Assembly: GCA_043732305.1 (NCBI GenBank)
Contig: JAYTHU010000231.1
Span: forward strand, 1 to 64,000
Length of the DNA: 64,000 bases
Direction: 5' to 3'
Source of the DNA: Oligoflexia bacterium
Lineage (GTDB): Bacteria > Bdellovibrionota > Bdellovibrionia > JABDDW01
Shown here one piece after another: positions 1 to 10,145 of the stretch (position 1 is its first letter; every line of letters begins with the position of its first letter). The position numbers and the translations under genes are program-made. The notes below the pieces were generated by a model that worked only from the letters and a program-made list of their open reading frames with translations, did no database searches and was not told the origin of the DNA.

Positions 1-1595
1 ACATCACCAGACTTAGAAAAAACCTCTTTAGCGGAATAAGCGGGCCAAACAGCTTCACTCACGCTTCTAAGCGCAGACATTCGGGGTGAGTATGGCGAAA
101 GGGGACCATCTCCATAGCTCTTGACCAATGGATCCTGCAAAAAAACAAAAAATCCCAGAACGGCTAATGCAATTGCTTTGCGTATGCGCGAGGAAGACTG
201 AGAATTGATCCACTCCCCTATCATTAGAGCGCCAACAACGGTAGTCAGCAGTGGCATCGCAATAGCGATGCTATTTTTATGCAGATTCATCCAAATCATA
301 TTGGGATCCAGGCGAGTCAGTAAATCGATACCAAAATGTTTCTGCTGGCTTAAAAACATCATCAGTTGAACAGAAAGATAGATAATGAAAACTCGACTCA
401 AAGGGGTTCGACGATTTTTCCAAAGACAATAGCAAACCAGAGGAAACAAGATCCCTTCCCGGCCGATTGACCACTGATAAAAACTAAATCCCATTCCACC
501 GTTGTATCCTTCTCTTGCTGGAAAAAAGAGCGTACAGACACATAGAAATACCATCAACGCGGCGACAATCTCATCCAACCTTGCAAAGCCTGCCCATTTA
601 CCAAGCAACAGAGTGCCATACTTGCGCAAAACCCAAATGAGTAACCCGCAACTCAAAATCATCGCCAAGCAAGGTGCAAGATGTCCTTCAGATACGATAA
701 AAACTTTTCGTGCAAGTTCCGGAATCATAAACAGAACCGCATAAGGCGCGCTTCTAATTATTTTCGACCGTGCAGGGTGATTGGATAACAGAATGATAAG
801 CACTATTGGCAATAAAATAAGAAGACCATACTCGCCGAAAATGAGCGGGCAAGCCATGATCCATCCAAGCGCGGCATCGCCAATCGCTAAATCTGGTAAA
901 CCAAGTAAAACTACAAAGAGAAAAACAAAGATTCCGCCAACTGGAGACGCTTTGACATTTATTTCTTTTCGATAAAACAAAGAACCCAAATACAAAACAA
1001 CGAGCAGACACCAGTCAACAACTTGGGCCTTTCTCTTGAGTGAAACTGAATATGAAAAGACAAGAATTCTCCAAAACAACAGTGCGAGAAAAACTCCCTG
1101 CACGGCCAGGGTGTTCATCACCGGTACGGAGGGCTGCCAGTAATGAAACAAGCCACTCATAGAAAAATGAGTATCAATTCGATTTCTCCAATCAAGAGGC
1201 CAGAAATCATGAAAAATAGAAAACTGATACGCATTGTTGTTTGAATCGATGGCCACGGGCAAAACATAGAGCGCAAAAAGTATCGGGCCAACAACGATTA
1301 CATCAGACCAATGAAATTTGAAAAAAGTGATTTTGTTTTTGATACCCAATATGCCAAGGCCTAAAACTAAAATAACAAGGCCCGCTTTGTGAAATGGAAG
1401 TAAAAAGCTTGCAATGAAGAAGACACTCGAAAAACCTAGAATAAATCTCAAGCTATGGGCGCTCAAATTTTGTTGAGAATCTTTTCCGATGTCAAGCGGC
1501 TGAGAAAACACTACCGCTGCAAAACTTGGTGCGAGCACTAACCAGATCACGCCGGATATGACAAACTCAATAATCCACCAGGTCAGAATATGCAT
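1..1595 (-). CDS. Multi-pass membrane protein, possibly GT-C-like; 3' end lies outside the window
   Basis: Not in the ORF track because it runs off the edge. ATG at 1595 follows a GGAGA RBS (MHILTWWIIEFVISGVIWLVLAP...). The stretches I translated are open and rich in hydrophobic helices. Confidence 0.7.
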   Translation of the reverse strand, partial: MHILTWWIIEFVISGVIWLVLAPSFAAVVFSQPLDIGKDSQQNLSAHSLRFILGFSSVFFIASFLLPFHKAGLVILVLGLGILGIKNKITFFKFHWSDVIVVGPILFALYVLPVAIDSNNNAYQFSIFHDFWPLDWRNRIDTHFSMSGLFHYWQPSVPVMNTLAVQGVFLALLFWRILVFSYSVSLKRKAQVVDWCLLVVLYLGSLFYRKEINVKASPVGGIFVFLFVVLLGLPDLAIGDAALGWIMACPLIFGEYGLLILLPIVLIILLSNHPARSKIIRSAPYAVLFMIPELARKVFIVSEGHLAPCLAMILSCGLLIWVLRKYGTLLLGKWAGFARLDEIVAALMVFLCVCTLFFPAREGYNGGMGFSFYQWSIGREGILFPLVCYCLWKNRRTPLSRVFIIYLSVQLMMFLSQQKHFGIDLLTRLDPNMIWMNLHKNSIAIAMPLLTTVVGALMIGEWINSQSSSRIRKAIALAVLGFFVFLQDPLVKSYGDGPLSPYSPRMSALRSVSEAVWPAYSAKEVFSKSGD

Positions 1596-1627
1596 TGTGA
1601 TCTCCGCAGATATTAAAAATAAGAGTT

Positions 1628-1713
1628 TGGTGGAGAAGGGGGGACTTGAACCCCCAAGTCCTTGCGGACGCCAGATTTCGAGTCTGGTACCTTACCAATT
1701 AGGATACCTCTCC
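1628..1713 (-). tRNA. tRNA-Ser(CGA)
   Basis: Cloverleaf: acceptor GGAGAGG/CTTCTCC, anticodon arm CCAGA-CT CGA AA-TCTGG, long variable arm GTCC-GCAA-GGAC, T-arm GGGGG-TTCAAGT-CCCCC, encoded CCA. Confidence 0.95.
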
Positions 1714-1775
1714 AATTTGATCTAACTTGATGCTCACTCAGGATTAAACCGATATCGACAAAACTTCAAGGAACT

Positions 1776-3050
1776 TCACATCACGGCCATTTTGTTTCTA
1801 ACAGAGACATTTATCTTATCACTCTTATTAAGAAAAAAAATCGAGCCAACCACGCAAATTGAACCCATAACCAAAAAAGTATGGGGAAGTCCGAATCGAC
1901 TTGCGGCCCATCCAAAAAGCAAATTCCCGAAAGGAGAAATGCCCATGAGCGAAAAATTAAAGAAGCTGAGTGTGCGTCCCCGCTTGTCATCGTCCACGAT
2001 AGTTTGAATAACAGTGTTACTACCAGCCATCATGATCATCATTCCCATTCCGGCAAAGAGCAGAACCACCAATAAGAATGCAAATTTGGAAACAAAAGCC
2101 ACACACACGAGAGCCACAGAAAATTGCAAGGCCGACTTAGCCACTCTACGCCCCAAAAGCGGAGGACCCGTCCGTTTAGCTAAGTATAGAGCACCAAGAA
2201 GAGTGCCGAGTCCAGAGGCAGAGGAAATCCAAGCAAGGGTATGCGCATTGCCGCCAAACTGAGCGACCGCCATAGCGGGAAAAACAGTGTTGTATGGCAG
2301 GCCAATGAGACTCATAAAACTGAGAAAAATAATAATAGTTCGGATGGATTCATCTTCGAAAGTATTCGAAAAACCTACGCGCATATTTTTAATAAAAGCT
2401 AGCTTTCCTGGTTTAGGAAGTTCGTGTTCGATTTCCATTACATAGAGAGCAATCAACACGGCCACGTAACTGATTCCGTTTATTAGAAAACAAAAACCTT
2501 CATTGAAAACCGAAATAGCGATCCCCGCCATCGCAGGACCTATTAAACGAGTCGCATTGATGACTGTAGAATTAATCGCGATAGCGTTTGGAAGGTCTTT
2601 TCTCTCTTTCACCATTTGCACTAAAAAAGCTTGGCGGGCGGTCATGTCAAAAGTAGTGATTGTTCCAAGAATCAGATTAAAAATAATAAGTTCGGGGAGA
2701 TTTATTTTCCCAGTCAAAGTGAGTGCCGCCAGAGCTAAAGCTTGGATGGCGGCGAGACTTTGGGTGATTTTCAGAAGTTTCAATTTATTAACTTGATCCA
2801 CGTAAACACCGGCAAAAAAAGCTAAGAGAAACATAGGGATTTGTGATGAAAATCCCGAGATTCCAAGCCATAGTGGCGAATTCGTCATATGGAATATAAG
2901 CCAACCGGTGGCCAGTTGCTGCATCCAGGTACCTACAAATGAAATGAATTGCCCGGCGGTATATATCCTGAAATTTCGATGTTTTAGTGCGTGAAACACG
3001 TGGTGCCCTACTGTCAAATTTCTGTGCTGCTGCTTAGCAATTACCGTCAA
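1776..3050 (-). CDS. MFS transporter (MFS_3/DHA3-like)
   Basis: ALKHRNFRIY...GQFISFVGTWMQ N-terminus, ~12 TM helices, D..RGR motif. Confidence 0.9.
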   Translation of the reverse strand: MTVIAKQQHRNLTVGHHVFHALKHRNFRIYTAGQFISFVGTWMQQLATGWLIFHMTNSPLWLGISGFSSQIPMFLLAFFAGVYVDQVNKLKLLKITQSLAAIQALALAALTLTGKINLPELIIFNLILGTITTFDMTARQAFLVQMVKERKDLPNAIAINSTVINATRLIGPAMAGIAISVFNEGFCFLINGISYVAVLIALYVMEIEHELPKPGKLAFIKNMRVGFSNTFEDESIRTIIIFLSFMSLIGLPYNTVFPAMAVAQFGGNAHTLAWISSASGLGTLLGALYLAKRTGPPLLGRRVAKSALQFSVALVCVAFVSKFAFLLVVLLFAGMGMMIMMAGSNTVIQTIVDDDKRGRTLSFFNFSLMGISPFGNLLFGWAASRFGLPHTFLVMGSICVVGSIFFLNKSDKINVSVRNKMAVM

Positions 3051-3120
3051 TTTAGCGAAAGTGACGAGTTTTGTCTCGCTTAAAAGCCTTAAATATCAGT
3101 ATTTTAGCCCAAGGACAACC

Positions 3121-3136
3121 TGGAACAAGTTCTGCA
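3121..3136 (+). promoter_or_regulatory. Putative sigma54 (-24/-12) promoter
   Basis: TGGAAC-AAGTT-CTGCA (GG-N10-GC), ~45 nt upstream of the 3180 ATG. Confidence 0.45.
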
Positions 3137-3179
3137 ATTGGATGTCAGCTAAGAGATTGAATTAAAAGAGGGATGGATC

Positions 3180-4472
3180 ATGACTGTTAGAAATACCAAA
3201 TCGATTTTGTTAACTACAACACTTCTGCTCATGAGCCCGATGCTATTTGCGGATTCAACTGGAATGAGCAGCAACGTTCTTCTTCCGGTGAAAAGAGAGA
3301 TAACCAGGAGCACTTCGATGACTCCGGAAAATGTGGCAGCTCTTCGAGCAACGACAAAAGGAAATCTAGCCAATTCAGGCCGCCCCTCACAAATAAATCA
3401 AAAAGCACGGATATGCCAACTCATTGTCGAGAATTTAATTTCTTTGCCCGCTGACTCACCCCGCATCGCTCCTTTTGTCGACAATGATATCAGCGTGGTT
3501 AACGACGATTACAAACTTCACCTTCGATTCGAAAAGGACATTCTGCATTTCTTAGTGAGCGATATTTCCGGCAACAACTTTCGACTTCCCCTTCCTACCG
3601 AAGTTCAGAACGGCCGCCGAAGACAAATAGGTCAAGTTCAATTGCCACCTGCTTGGTCAAAACTTTTTGATAAAGAAACGCATCATGTGGTCCCTTTTAT
3701 AATGGAAAACAGACTTTTTGTTTTATCAGAAGACAAATCCACTTCTGAGACTTCAATTGCAGAAATCACTCCCGAAAGATTAGAACCAATTAGTTTTCGA
3801 GTGAAAGGAAATTCTCCGAGCAATGAGCCTTGGAAATTACTTGCAGCAACCGAAGGCCACAATAAAGTTATTTATATGACAAAAACGGTGGCGAGAAAAC
3901 TCCACGGGTCAGGCGATCGTTTGAACGAAGCCGCGGATACTTTTCTGTATCGTCGCATCTCACTATCATCGAACTTAGCAAAACCTGCGGTGAGTGACAT
4001 CAGTACCGCAATAGCCGTACGGTCTGAAGACATAATTTCGAAATTTATATTCGGCGACTTCGAGGGAAGCAAATTTGTTTTCTATCTCGATAGCTCAAAT
4101 GGTTTTAGATCTTACAATTTAGGCCAGACCCTTCCTGATTTTAAATTGATCCTCACCACGACCCAGTTTGATAGTTCGTGGAAACGTATTGAACAAGCAG
4201 GACTTCTCACGCAGGTTGTGGAATTTGTGCCTAAAGACGAAGCCGTCACATCACTGAAACTTTTCACTGTGAAATTGAGTGGACAGTTGCGAGTGGAAGT
4301 CTCGACTAGCAAACAAGTCAAAGACGGTAGAAAGAAAGCCACCCAGATTCAGAAATTCTACACATTTGATCCGTTCAAACCCCCAACAGATGGCGTCAGA
4401 GCTCAACCATTGGAAAATGCTGGAACTCCAGAAAACGCAATTGGCAAAGTATACGGGTCTCAAAGCTTTTAA
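3180..4472 (+). CDS. Hypothetical secreted protein
   Basis: 430-aa ORF, GAGGGA RBS, signal-peptide-like N-terminus ending LFA-D; no recognisable family. Confidence 0.7.
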   Translation: MTVRNTKSILLTTTLLLMSPMLFADSTGMSSNVLLPVKREITRSTSMTPENVAALRATTKGNLANSGRPSQINQKARICQLIVENLISLPADSPRIAPFVDNDISVVNDDYKLHLRFEKDILHFLVSDISGNNFRLPLPTEVQNGRRRQIGQVQLPPAWSKLFDKETHHVVPFIMENRLFVLSEDKSTSETSIAEITPERLEPISFRVKGNSPSNEPWKLLAATEGHNKVIYMTKTVARKLHGSGDRLNEAADTFLYRRISLSSNLAKPAVSDISTAIAVRSEDIISKFIFGDFEGSKFVFYLDSSNGFRSYNLGQTLPDFKLILTTTQFDSSWKRIEQAGLLTQVVEFVPKDEAVTSLKLFTVKLSGQLRVEVSTSKQVKDGRKKATQIQKFYTFDPFKPPTDGVRAQPLENAGTPENAIGKVYGSQSF

Positions 4473-4583
4473 CTTGATTCTGAAGGCGTAAACACGGCAC
4501 AAATGCACCGCATTACAGAGACTGTTACATTTAACATTTCTTTATTTGTAAAGTCCCGGGCTTCCGGCGATGATTATATCAAG

Positions 4584-4997
4584 ATGCTCTATCCAAGGGG
4601 GATTCTGGTAATATTTTTATGCACAGTACTGTCACTAGCAACTCAGCTTAGTGGGACCTTTGCTCGTGCTGACGCTTCCCCTGGAAATATTATACTTACT
4701 TGCATCACATCAGGAATGGACGCTAACCCCGTAGACGGTTTGACATCCGTTAAAATTTATTACGATCGCAATGCGCCAGCTTATATTGTCGTGGTTACTA
4801 ACTTCGGTTCTGAGAGCCACTCACTTACAGTGGACAGTTTTGGTTTTGTAAATAAAAGCATGCCCCTGTTAACTTCCAATAAACTCCAAGGACATTCTAA
4901 TTTTACACTCTACAAAGATGGCCATGTTTGGAATATTGCAGAAAACTCAGCAGCCTTTTTAAGATCTCACCCACTTGATTGCGTTGAGGGTTTTTAG
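4584..4997 (+). CDS. Hypothetical secreted protein
   Basis: Within ORF 4503..4997. The ATG at 4584 gives a signal peptide (MLYPRGILVIFL...ARA-D). One Cys near each end of the mature part could form a disulfide. Confidence 0.55.
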   Translation: MLYPRGILVIFLCTVLSLATQLSGTFARADASPGNIILTCITSGMDANPVDGLTSVKIYYDRNAPAYIVVVTNFGSESHSLTVDSFGFVNKSMPLLTSNKLQGHSNFTLYKDGHVWNIAENSAAFLRSHPLDCVEGF

Positions 4998-5019
4998 TAT
5001 TTATTTTTTTATGTTTTGA

Positions 5020-5035
5020 AGGCATACTTCTGGCA
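5020..5035 (+). promoter_or_regulatory. Putative sigma54 promoter of the HiPIP gene
   Basis: AGGCATACTTCTGGCA (GG-N10-GC) just upstream of the AGGAGG RBS. Confidence 0.4.
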
Positions 5036-5059
5036 AGAAAACTTACCAGGAGGTCCTGT

Positions 5060-5416
5060 ATGAATCGTCGCGATTTTATGAAGTCATCAACTTTCTTTGT
5101 TGCCGGCCTCGCCGTCAGTCCCTTTTTCAAATTGCCAAAAGCTTTTGCTGAAGACGCTCCCGCAGCTGCCGGAAAACCCGCTTGCACGGATGAAGATCCC
5201 GTCGCCAATGCTCTCGGCTACAAATCAGTAGCTAAGGATATTGACGTCGCTAAATTTAAGCAGTTCAAGCCTTTGAAACCGGAACACAATTGCAAACACT
5301 GCGCATTGTACACCGCTGTTCCTGCCGCAAAAGGTTGGGGCAACTGTAGCATGCTCGCAAATTGTTCCGTCAAAGAGGGCGGACTGTGTGGATCTTGGCA
5401 GAAAAAGTCTGCTTAA
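5060..5416 (+). CDS. High-potential iron-sulfur protein (HiPIP), Tat-exported
   Basis: Tat signal MNRRDFMK; DPVANALGY; Cys pattern CKHCALY...WGNC...GGLCGSW. Confidence 0.9.
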   Translation: MNRRDFMKSSTFFVAGLAVSPFFKLPKAFAEDAPAAAGKPACTDEDPVANALGYKSVAKDIDVAKFKQFKPLKPEHNCKHCALYTAVPAAKGWGNCSMLANCSVKEGGLCGSWQKKSA

Positions 5417-6029
5417 GGTAACGCAGGAATCTAAATATCTGGGCGCTCGCTAAGGGCGCCAAGATTAAAAAATATTTGAATTTGTTGGTTTTTTCGATGA
5501 GAAACACGTGAAACAAAACCAAAGTTAATGCCAAATAAACTAGCCTGTGTACTCTCTTCCAATTTTTATATTTAAATAGTTTTACTGCGAAGTCAGTCGA
5601 AGTGAGAGTCAAAATGGTAATGATCGTCAAAGCCGATGCGCCGAAAAACAAATATTTCTTTTCAAAAATCGCCACAACGGCATTCCACTCCAGACCTTCC
5701 TTAAGCAGGTACATTCCAAAATGAGTGAGCAGATAAATCCCGCACATGACACCAAGAAATCTTCTCTCGCGCAATAAATATCTAATGAAAGTCGGGAAGG
5801 GTTTCCAGACCGAAAGCAAGAAACCGATCCACAAATTTAAAACCAGAATAAGAACACCGAGATTTCCAAGCTTCTTGTTTAAAAAATCTGCTGGCTGAGG
5901 CCCAAGATCTTGATTATAAAGACCGTAGGCATACCAAATTAAAGGGAAGATCACCGCGGCGCGAATGAGATACTTAACGACTCTGTTTCTGGTCAAAAAG
6001 GGTTTACCCATAGCTCGAAATTGTGCCAT
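5370..6029 (-). CDS. msrQ: Methionine sulfoxide reductase heme-binding membrane subunit MsrQ
   Basis: RRFLG...Y..TH and WKRVHRLVY...H ferric-reductase-like motifs; next to msrP. The start could also be ATG 6011. Confidence 0.85.
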   Translation of the reverse strand: MAQFRAMGKPFLTRNRVVKYLIRAAVIFPLIWYAYGLYNQDLGPQPADFLNKKLGNLGVLILVLNLWIGFLLSVWKPFPTFIRYLLRERRFLGVMCGIYLLTHFGMYLLKEGLEWNAVVAIFEKKYLFFGASALTIITILTLTSTDFAVKLFKYKNWKRVHRLVYLALTLVLFHVFLIEKTNKFKYFLILAPLASAQIFRFLRYLKQTFSAKIHTVRPL

Positions 6030-6053
6030 AAATAAGCAAAGGCAGGGGAAAAA

Positions 6054-6977
6054 ATGTTGATCAAAACGCCACCATCTTGGGAAATCTCAGAGAACGAAGT
6101 CACGCCCGAGGATTTGTATTCTCGAAGGCAAGTTTTGAAAAAATCTGCAGCAACATCGTTGTTTGCCGCTGCCGCAGGCGCCGGAATCCCGATGTATAAA
6201 GTGATTGATCGTGAAGTCACCAAAGAATCTTTAGCCACAAACTACAATAATTTTTACGAATTCAGTTTGGATAAGGTCGAAGTCAAAGAGAAAGTCGCAA
6301 ACTGGAATCTTGGGCCGTGGTCAGTGGAAATTTCTGGAATCAAGGGTGGGAAAAAAACTTTTTCAGTCGATGAATTGATAAAACTTTCTGGCGGCACCGA
6401 AGAAAGAATTTACCGTTTCCGCTGTGTGGAAGCATGGTCCACTGTCATACCTTGGAATGGTTTTTCACTTCAAAAACTAATTTCTAAACTCCAGCCAAAT
6501 TCTTCGGCTAAGTTTGTAAAAATGCAGAGCTTCTCTGATCACAAAATCGGAACAAACATGAGTAGCCTGCCCTTTTATCCATGGCCGTACACAGAAGGGC
6601 TTACCATGGCTGAAGCAAATAATCCGCTAGCGTTCATCGCCACTGGTATGTACGGAAAGTCGCTGCCAAAGCAAAATGGAGCGCCGCTACGATTGGTTGT
6701 TCCCTGGAAATATGGATTTAAGAACATCAAATCAATCGTTAAAATTGAATTCGTGGATCAGCAACCAATGGGACTCTGGCAGAAACTTGCTAGTGACGAA
6801 TATGGATTCTACGCCAATGTGAATCCCACTGTGGATCATCCTCGATGGTCACAGCATTCAGAAAGAGTGATTGATGGTCGACTTATACCCAAACGCATCA
6901 CCACTCTTATGTTCAACGGTTATGAAAAGGAAGTGGCCGGACTTTACAAAGGTTTGGATCTCACCAAGAACTATTAA
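6054..6977 (+). CDS. msrP: Periplasmic molybdoenzyme methionine sulfoxide reductase MsrP
   Basis: EVTPE N-terminus, Tat SRR, YNNFYEF, RFRCVEAWS, QNGAPLRLVVPWKYGFK, YGFYANVNP.VDHPRWSQ..ER. Confidence 0.95.
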   Translation: MLIKTPPSWEISENEVTPEDLYSRRQVLKKSAATSLFAAAAGAGIPMYKVIDREVTKESLATNYNNFYEFSLDKVEVKEKVANWNLGPWSVEISGIKGGKKTFSVDELIKLSGGTEERIYRFRCVEAWSTVIPWNGFSLQKLISKLQPNSSAKFVKMQSFSDHKIGTNMSSLPFYPWPYTEGLTMAEANNPLAFIATGMYGKSLPKQNGAPLRLVVPWKYGFKNIKSIVKIEFVDQQPMGLWQKLASDEYGFYANVNPTVDHPRWSQHSERVIDGRLIPKRITTLMFNGYEKEVAGLYKGLDLTKNY

Positions 6978-7032
6978 AGGGCTTGCGAAAAAGTAACGGT
7001 GTCACTTACCATTATTCAGGGGTGAAATCTGA

Positions 7033-7854
7033 ATGAGTGAAGTCGATGTTTTTTCCTATCAAGACTATCGAGATTATTTAAAAGATTTTTACCATCACAA
7101 GCGTCACACCGACCGTAAGTTTTCCATTCGTTTTTTTGCGCGCAGAGCAGGTCTCAAATCTGAGAATTATTTAAAAGTAGTGATGGATGGAAATAGAAAT
7201 TTAACGGCGCGAAACTTACCTAAATTTGTAAAAGGTCTTGGGCTTGGCCGCACGCAGGCGGAATACTTTGAAGCGCTCGTGCATCTCAACCAGGCGAGAG
7301 ACGTTTCTGAAAAAAGAGAGTATTTAGAAAAACTTATTCATCTCAAAAAGAAAAAAACGGTTTTGCAACTCACCCGTGATCAATTGGATTTTTATGCCGA
7401 TTGGTTCAACATTGTTATTTTTGAGATGGCTTGCCAAGCCGAATTTAATCCTCAACCAGAATTTATTTCAAGACGACTTAAGAATAAAGTTTCGCCTAAA
7501 CAAGTCACCGACTCTCTCAAGATGATGATTGATCTTGGAATTCTTAAAATCGATGAAAATCAGAGAATTATGCCTGTGGCCGCTCGCATAGGTTCTTCCG
7601 GCGAGGTTCCTCGAGACCAAATAAAAAAGTTGCATGACTCCTTCATCCATCAGGCTCTCGAAGCTCTGCACTTGCAAAAAGAACATGAAAGAGAGATAAG
7701 AAGCCTGACTATTAGCCTGACAAAAGAGCAAATGCCTCTTTTTAAAGAAAAGCTTAAAGATTTCCAACGGGAACTAAACACCGTGTTTTCTTCAGGTGAG
7801 GGTCAAGACGTGTATCAGCTAAACATGCAGTTTTTTAAGCTTACCAAAGATTAA
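7033..7854 (+). CDS. TIGR02147/DUF4423-family HTH protein
   Basis: Y.DYRDYLKD.Y...FSIR.FA..AG..S..YL..V..G.RNL N-terminus and VYQLNMQFFKLT C-terminus, typical of this paralogous family. Confidence 0.85.
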   Translation: MSEVDVFSYQDYRDYLKDFYHHKRHTDRKFSIRFFARRAGLKSENYLKVVMDGNRNLTARNLPKFVKGLGLGRTQAEYFEALVHLNQARDVSEKREYLEKLIHLKKKKTVLQLTRDQLDFYADWFNIVIFEMACQAEFNPQPEFISRRLKNKVSPKQVTDSLKMMIDLGILKIDENQRIMPVAARIGSSGEVPRDQIKKLHDSFIHQALEALHLQKEHEREIRSLTISLTKEQMPLFKEKLKDFQRELNTVFSSGEGQDVYQLNMQFFKLTKD

Positions 7855-7902
7855 GCAAAGTTTAATCAAGATTCACCTGGAATTTAGAAAGAAGCTTTTT
7901 TC

Positions 7903-9528
7903 ATGCGGCTCGCACTAGCTCAAATCAATTCTTACCTCGGTGATTTCGCCGGCAATGCTGATAAAATTTTGGATTTCACAAATCGCGCAAAAGAGAAAAA
8001 AGCGGATCTTGTGGTTTTTTCCGAACTCTGCTTGTTTGGATACCCCACGGGAGATTTGCTTGAACGTTCGTATTTGATTGCCGAACAAGAAACCCAACTT
8101 AAACGTGTGATAAAATCATTGCCAAAGGGAATCACTGCGATTTTCGGCGCGGTGATAAAAAACCCATCTTACGGTAAAACTGGCGGCAAACCTTTTTTCA
8201 ACGTGGCGGTTGTCGCATGCAGAGGTTCTAAACCCCAGTATTTCTCAAAACAACTTTTGCCTTCATACGACGTTTTCGATGACACACGTTTTTTCCAAAG
8301 TGGAAGTAAAACAGGAATTGTGAATATCAAAAATGTTGGAAAAGTGGCAATCACAGTTTGTGAAGACATGTGGGCCGTCTTCACCAAACGTTACAGCCGG
8401 GATCCGCTGGCCTCAGTTAAGCACGTTGATCTGATTGTGAATATTTCTGCTTCCCCCTTTTCACCGATCAAAGAAGAACGAAGATTTAAAGCCGCAGCTC
8501 TCCACGCAAAGAGAATCAAAGCTCCATTTTTATATGTGAATCAAGTGGGCGCGCAAGATGAAATAATTTTTGATGGACGCAGCTTTGTTATCGATGAAAA
8601 AGCAAAGCTGATTGTCCAAGCCTCCCCATTCGAAGAAGATCTTGTTATTATGGATCTTGAAAAGAAAAGAGCAGAATATCGTCCTATCGAACAATCTCCG
8701 ATGGAGCTTTTTAGACAGGCTCTTGTTTCAGGCATCAGAGATTTCATGAAAAAGACAGGACAAAAAAGAGTTCATCTTGGCTTATCAGGTGGAATCGATT
8801 CTGCTTTGGTGGCTTGTCTTGCGGTAGATGCGCTCGGCCCGGCCAATGTGCAAGGGATTCTCTTGCCAGGTCCTTACAACAGTAAAAAGAGTGTCACCGA
8901 TAGTCTCGCGCTAGCGTCAAACTTAAAAATTAAAACCCAAAATATCTCAATCAATAACTATTTCAAGGAAGCCAAAGCTACTTTAGATATTTTTGATAAA
9001 ACGGCATCTAGCCCCGCTGAAAAATCCACTCGAGAATTAGCCGAACAAAACGTTCAGGCTCGCATTCGCGGTTTGATTTTGATGAGCTTTTCTAATTTGC
9101 ATAGAAGCATGTTGCTCTCTACCAGTAACAAGAGTGAACTTGCGAGTGGGTACTCTACTCTCTATGGTGATTCCTGTGGAGGGCTTGCGCCAATTGGCGA
9201 TCTCACTAAGACGGAAATATATGAACTCGCGAAACACTACAATTTTTCTCGAGAGATTATTCCTAAAAATATTTTGAACAAACCACCTTCAGCAGAGTTA
9301 GCTCCCGGGCAACTGGATCAAGATTCACTGCCACCTTATAAAGAATTAGATAAAGCTGTGAACAATCTGGTTACCGGACAAAAAGCCGCAGTCAATCCCA
9401 CTGAAAAATGGTTAGAACAGAAACTTTATGTTTCTGAGTTCAAGAGATGGCAATCGCCGCCGATTTTACGCGTGAGTGAACATGCTTTCGGCCGAGGGCG
9501 ACGGATGCCCATCGCGAGAAAATTCTAA
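7903..9528 (+). CDS. nadE: Glutamine-dependent NAD+ synthetase
   Basis: Nitrilase domain with E-K-C triad (SEL, SKQLLP, VCEDMW) plus GLSGGIDSA, NVQARIR and PPSAEL...QLDQD. Confidence 0.95.
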   Translation: MRLALAQINSYLGDFAGNADKILDFTNRAKEKKADLVVFSELCLFGYPTGDLLERSYLIAEQETQLKRVIKSLPKGITAIFGAVIKNPSYGKTGGKPFFNVAVVACRGSKPQYFSKQLLPSYDVFDDTRFFQSGSKTGIVNIKNVGKVAITVCEDMWAVFTKRYSRDPLASVKHVDLIVNISASPFSPIKEERRFKAAALHAKRIKAPFLYVNQVGAQDEIIFDGRSFVIDEKAKLIVQASPFEEDLVIMDLEKKRAEYRPIEQSPMELFRQALVSGIRDFMKKTGQKRVHLGLSGGIDSALVACLAVDALGPANVQGILLPGPYNSKKSVTDSLALASNLKIKTQNISINNYFKEAKATLDIFDKTASSPAEKSTRELAEQNVQARIRGLILMSFSNLHRSMLLSTSNKSELASGYSTLYGDSCGGLAPIGDLTKTEIYELAKHYNFSREIIPKNILNKPPSAELAPGQLDQDSLPPYKELDKAVNNLVTGQKAAVNPTEKWLEQKLYVSEFKRWQSPPILRVSEHAFGRGRRMPIARKF

Positions 9529-10145
9529 AGATCGGCGAGAAGATCGAGCTGTCGAAGCTGTCTGGTGACTTGAGGAAACTGAAGAGCGCCAGGTGCGGAT
9601 AGGTTGATTAAATTCTCAATCATAATGGGATCGCCATCTTGAAAAACTCGCTCAATCATAATTTGAAAAAGCTGTCCGCAAAATCGTGAATCTGCTTCCG
9701 CTCGGTGAAAAGCGTCGTCACCAGGAATATTTAAAAATTGAACCAATGTTCCAAGCTTGTAGTTGGGAGATCCAGGAATAACCTTTCTGGCCATACTGCA
9801 ACTATCTAAAATGAGTCCACGAGGTGCGCTAGTTTCAAATTTTAAAATATTGGCTTTGATAAATTCAGCATCGAAGGGAGCATTATGTGCGACTAAAACA
9901 TCAGAGCCACAAAACTCTGCAAATTTTTCGAGCGCATCTTCAACATGAGGTTGGCCGGCAACCATAGCATCAGTAATGCCATGGACTCTCATTGCTGAGG
10001 CAGGTATTGGAATCTTTGGATCAACAAGAGTGCTGAAAATTTCAACGGCTTTGCCATCAATAAATCGCACGCCGGCGATCTCCACAATCTGATCAGCACC
10101 GGGCAAAAATCCTGTTGTTTCGATATCAAAAGCTACAAATCTCAT
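9525..10145 (-). CDS. DEDDh 3'-5' exonuclease (DnaQ/epsilon-like)
   Basis: AFDIETTG, AHNAPFD, FHRAEAD; ATG 10145 follows a GGGG RBS. Confidence 0.9.
   Translation of the reverse strand: MRFVAFDIETTGFLPGADQIVEIAGVRFIDGKAVEIFSTLVDPKIPIPASAMRVHGITDAMVAGQPHVEDALEKFAEFCGSDVLVAHNAPFDAEFIKANILKFETSAPRGLILDSCSMARKVIPGSPNYKLGTLVQFLNIPGDDAFHRAEADSRFCGQLFQIMIERVFQDGDPIMIENLINLSAPGALQFPQVTRQLRQLDLLADL

Noticed and set aside
277..1011. Short ORFs in the track at the window start
   Set aside because: They overlap the real long minus-strand membrane-protein frame (1..1595), which the track omitted.
1626..1640. TTTGGTGGAGA shared with 63949-63959 as possible attL/attR
   Set aside because: Both are 3' ends of genuine tRNA genes, and the DNA between them includes core genes.
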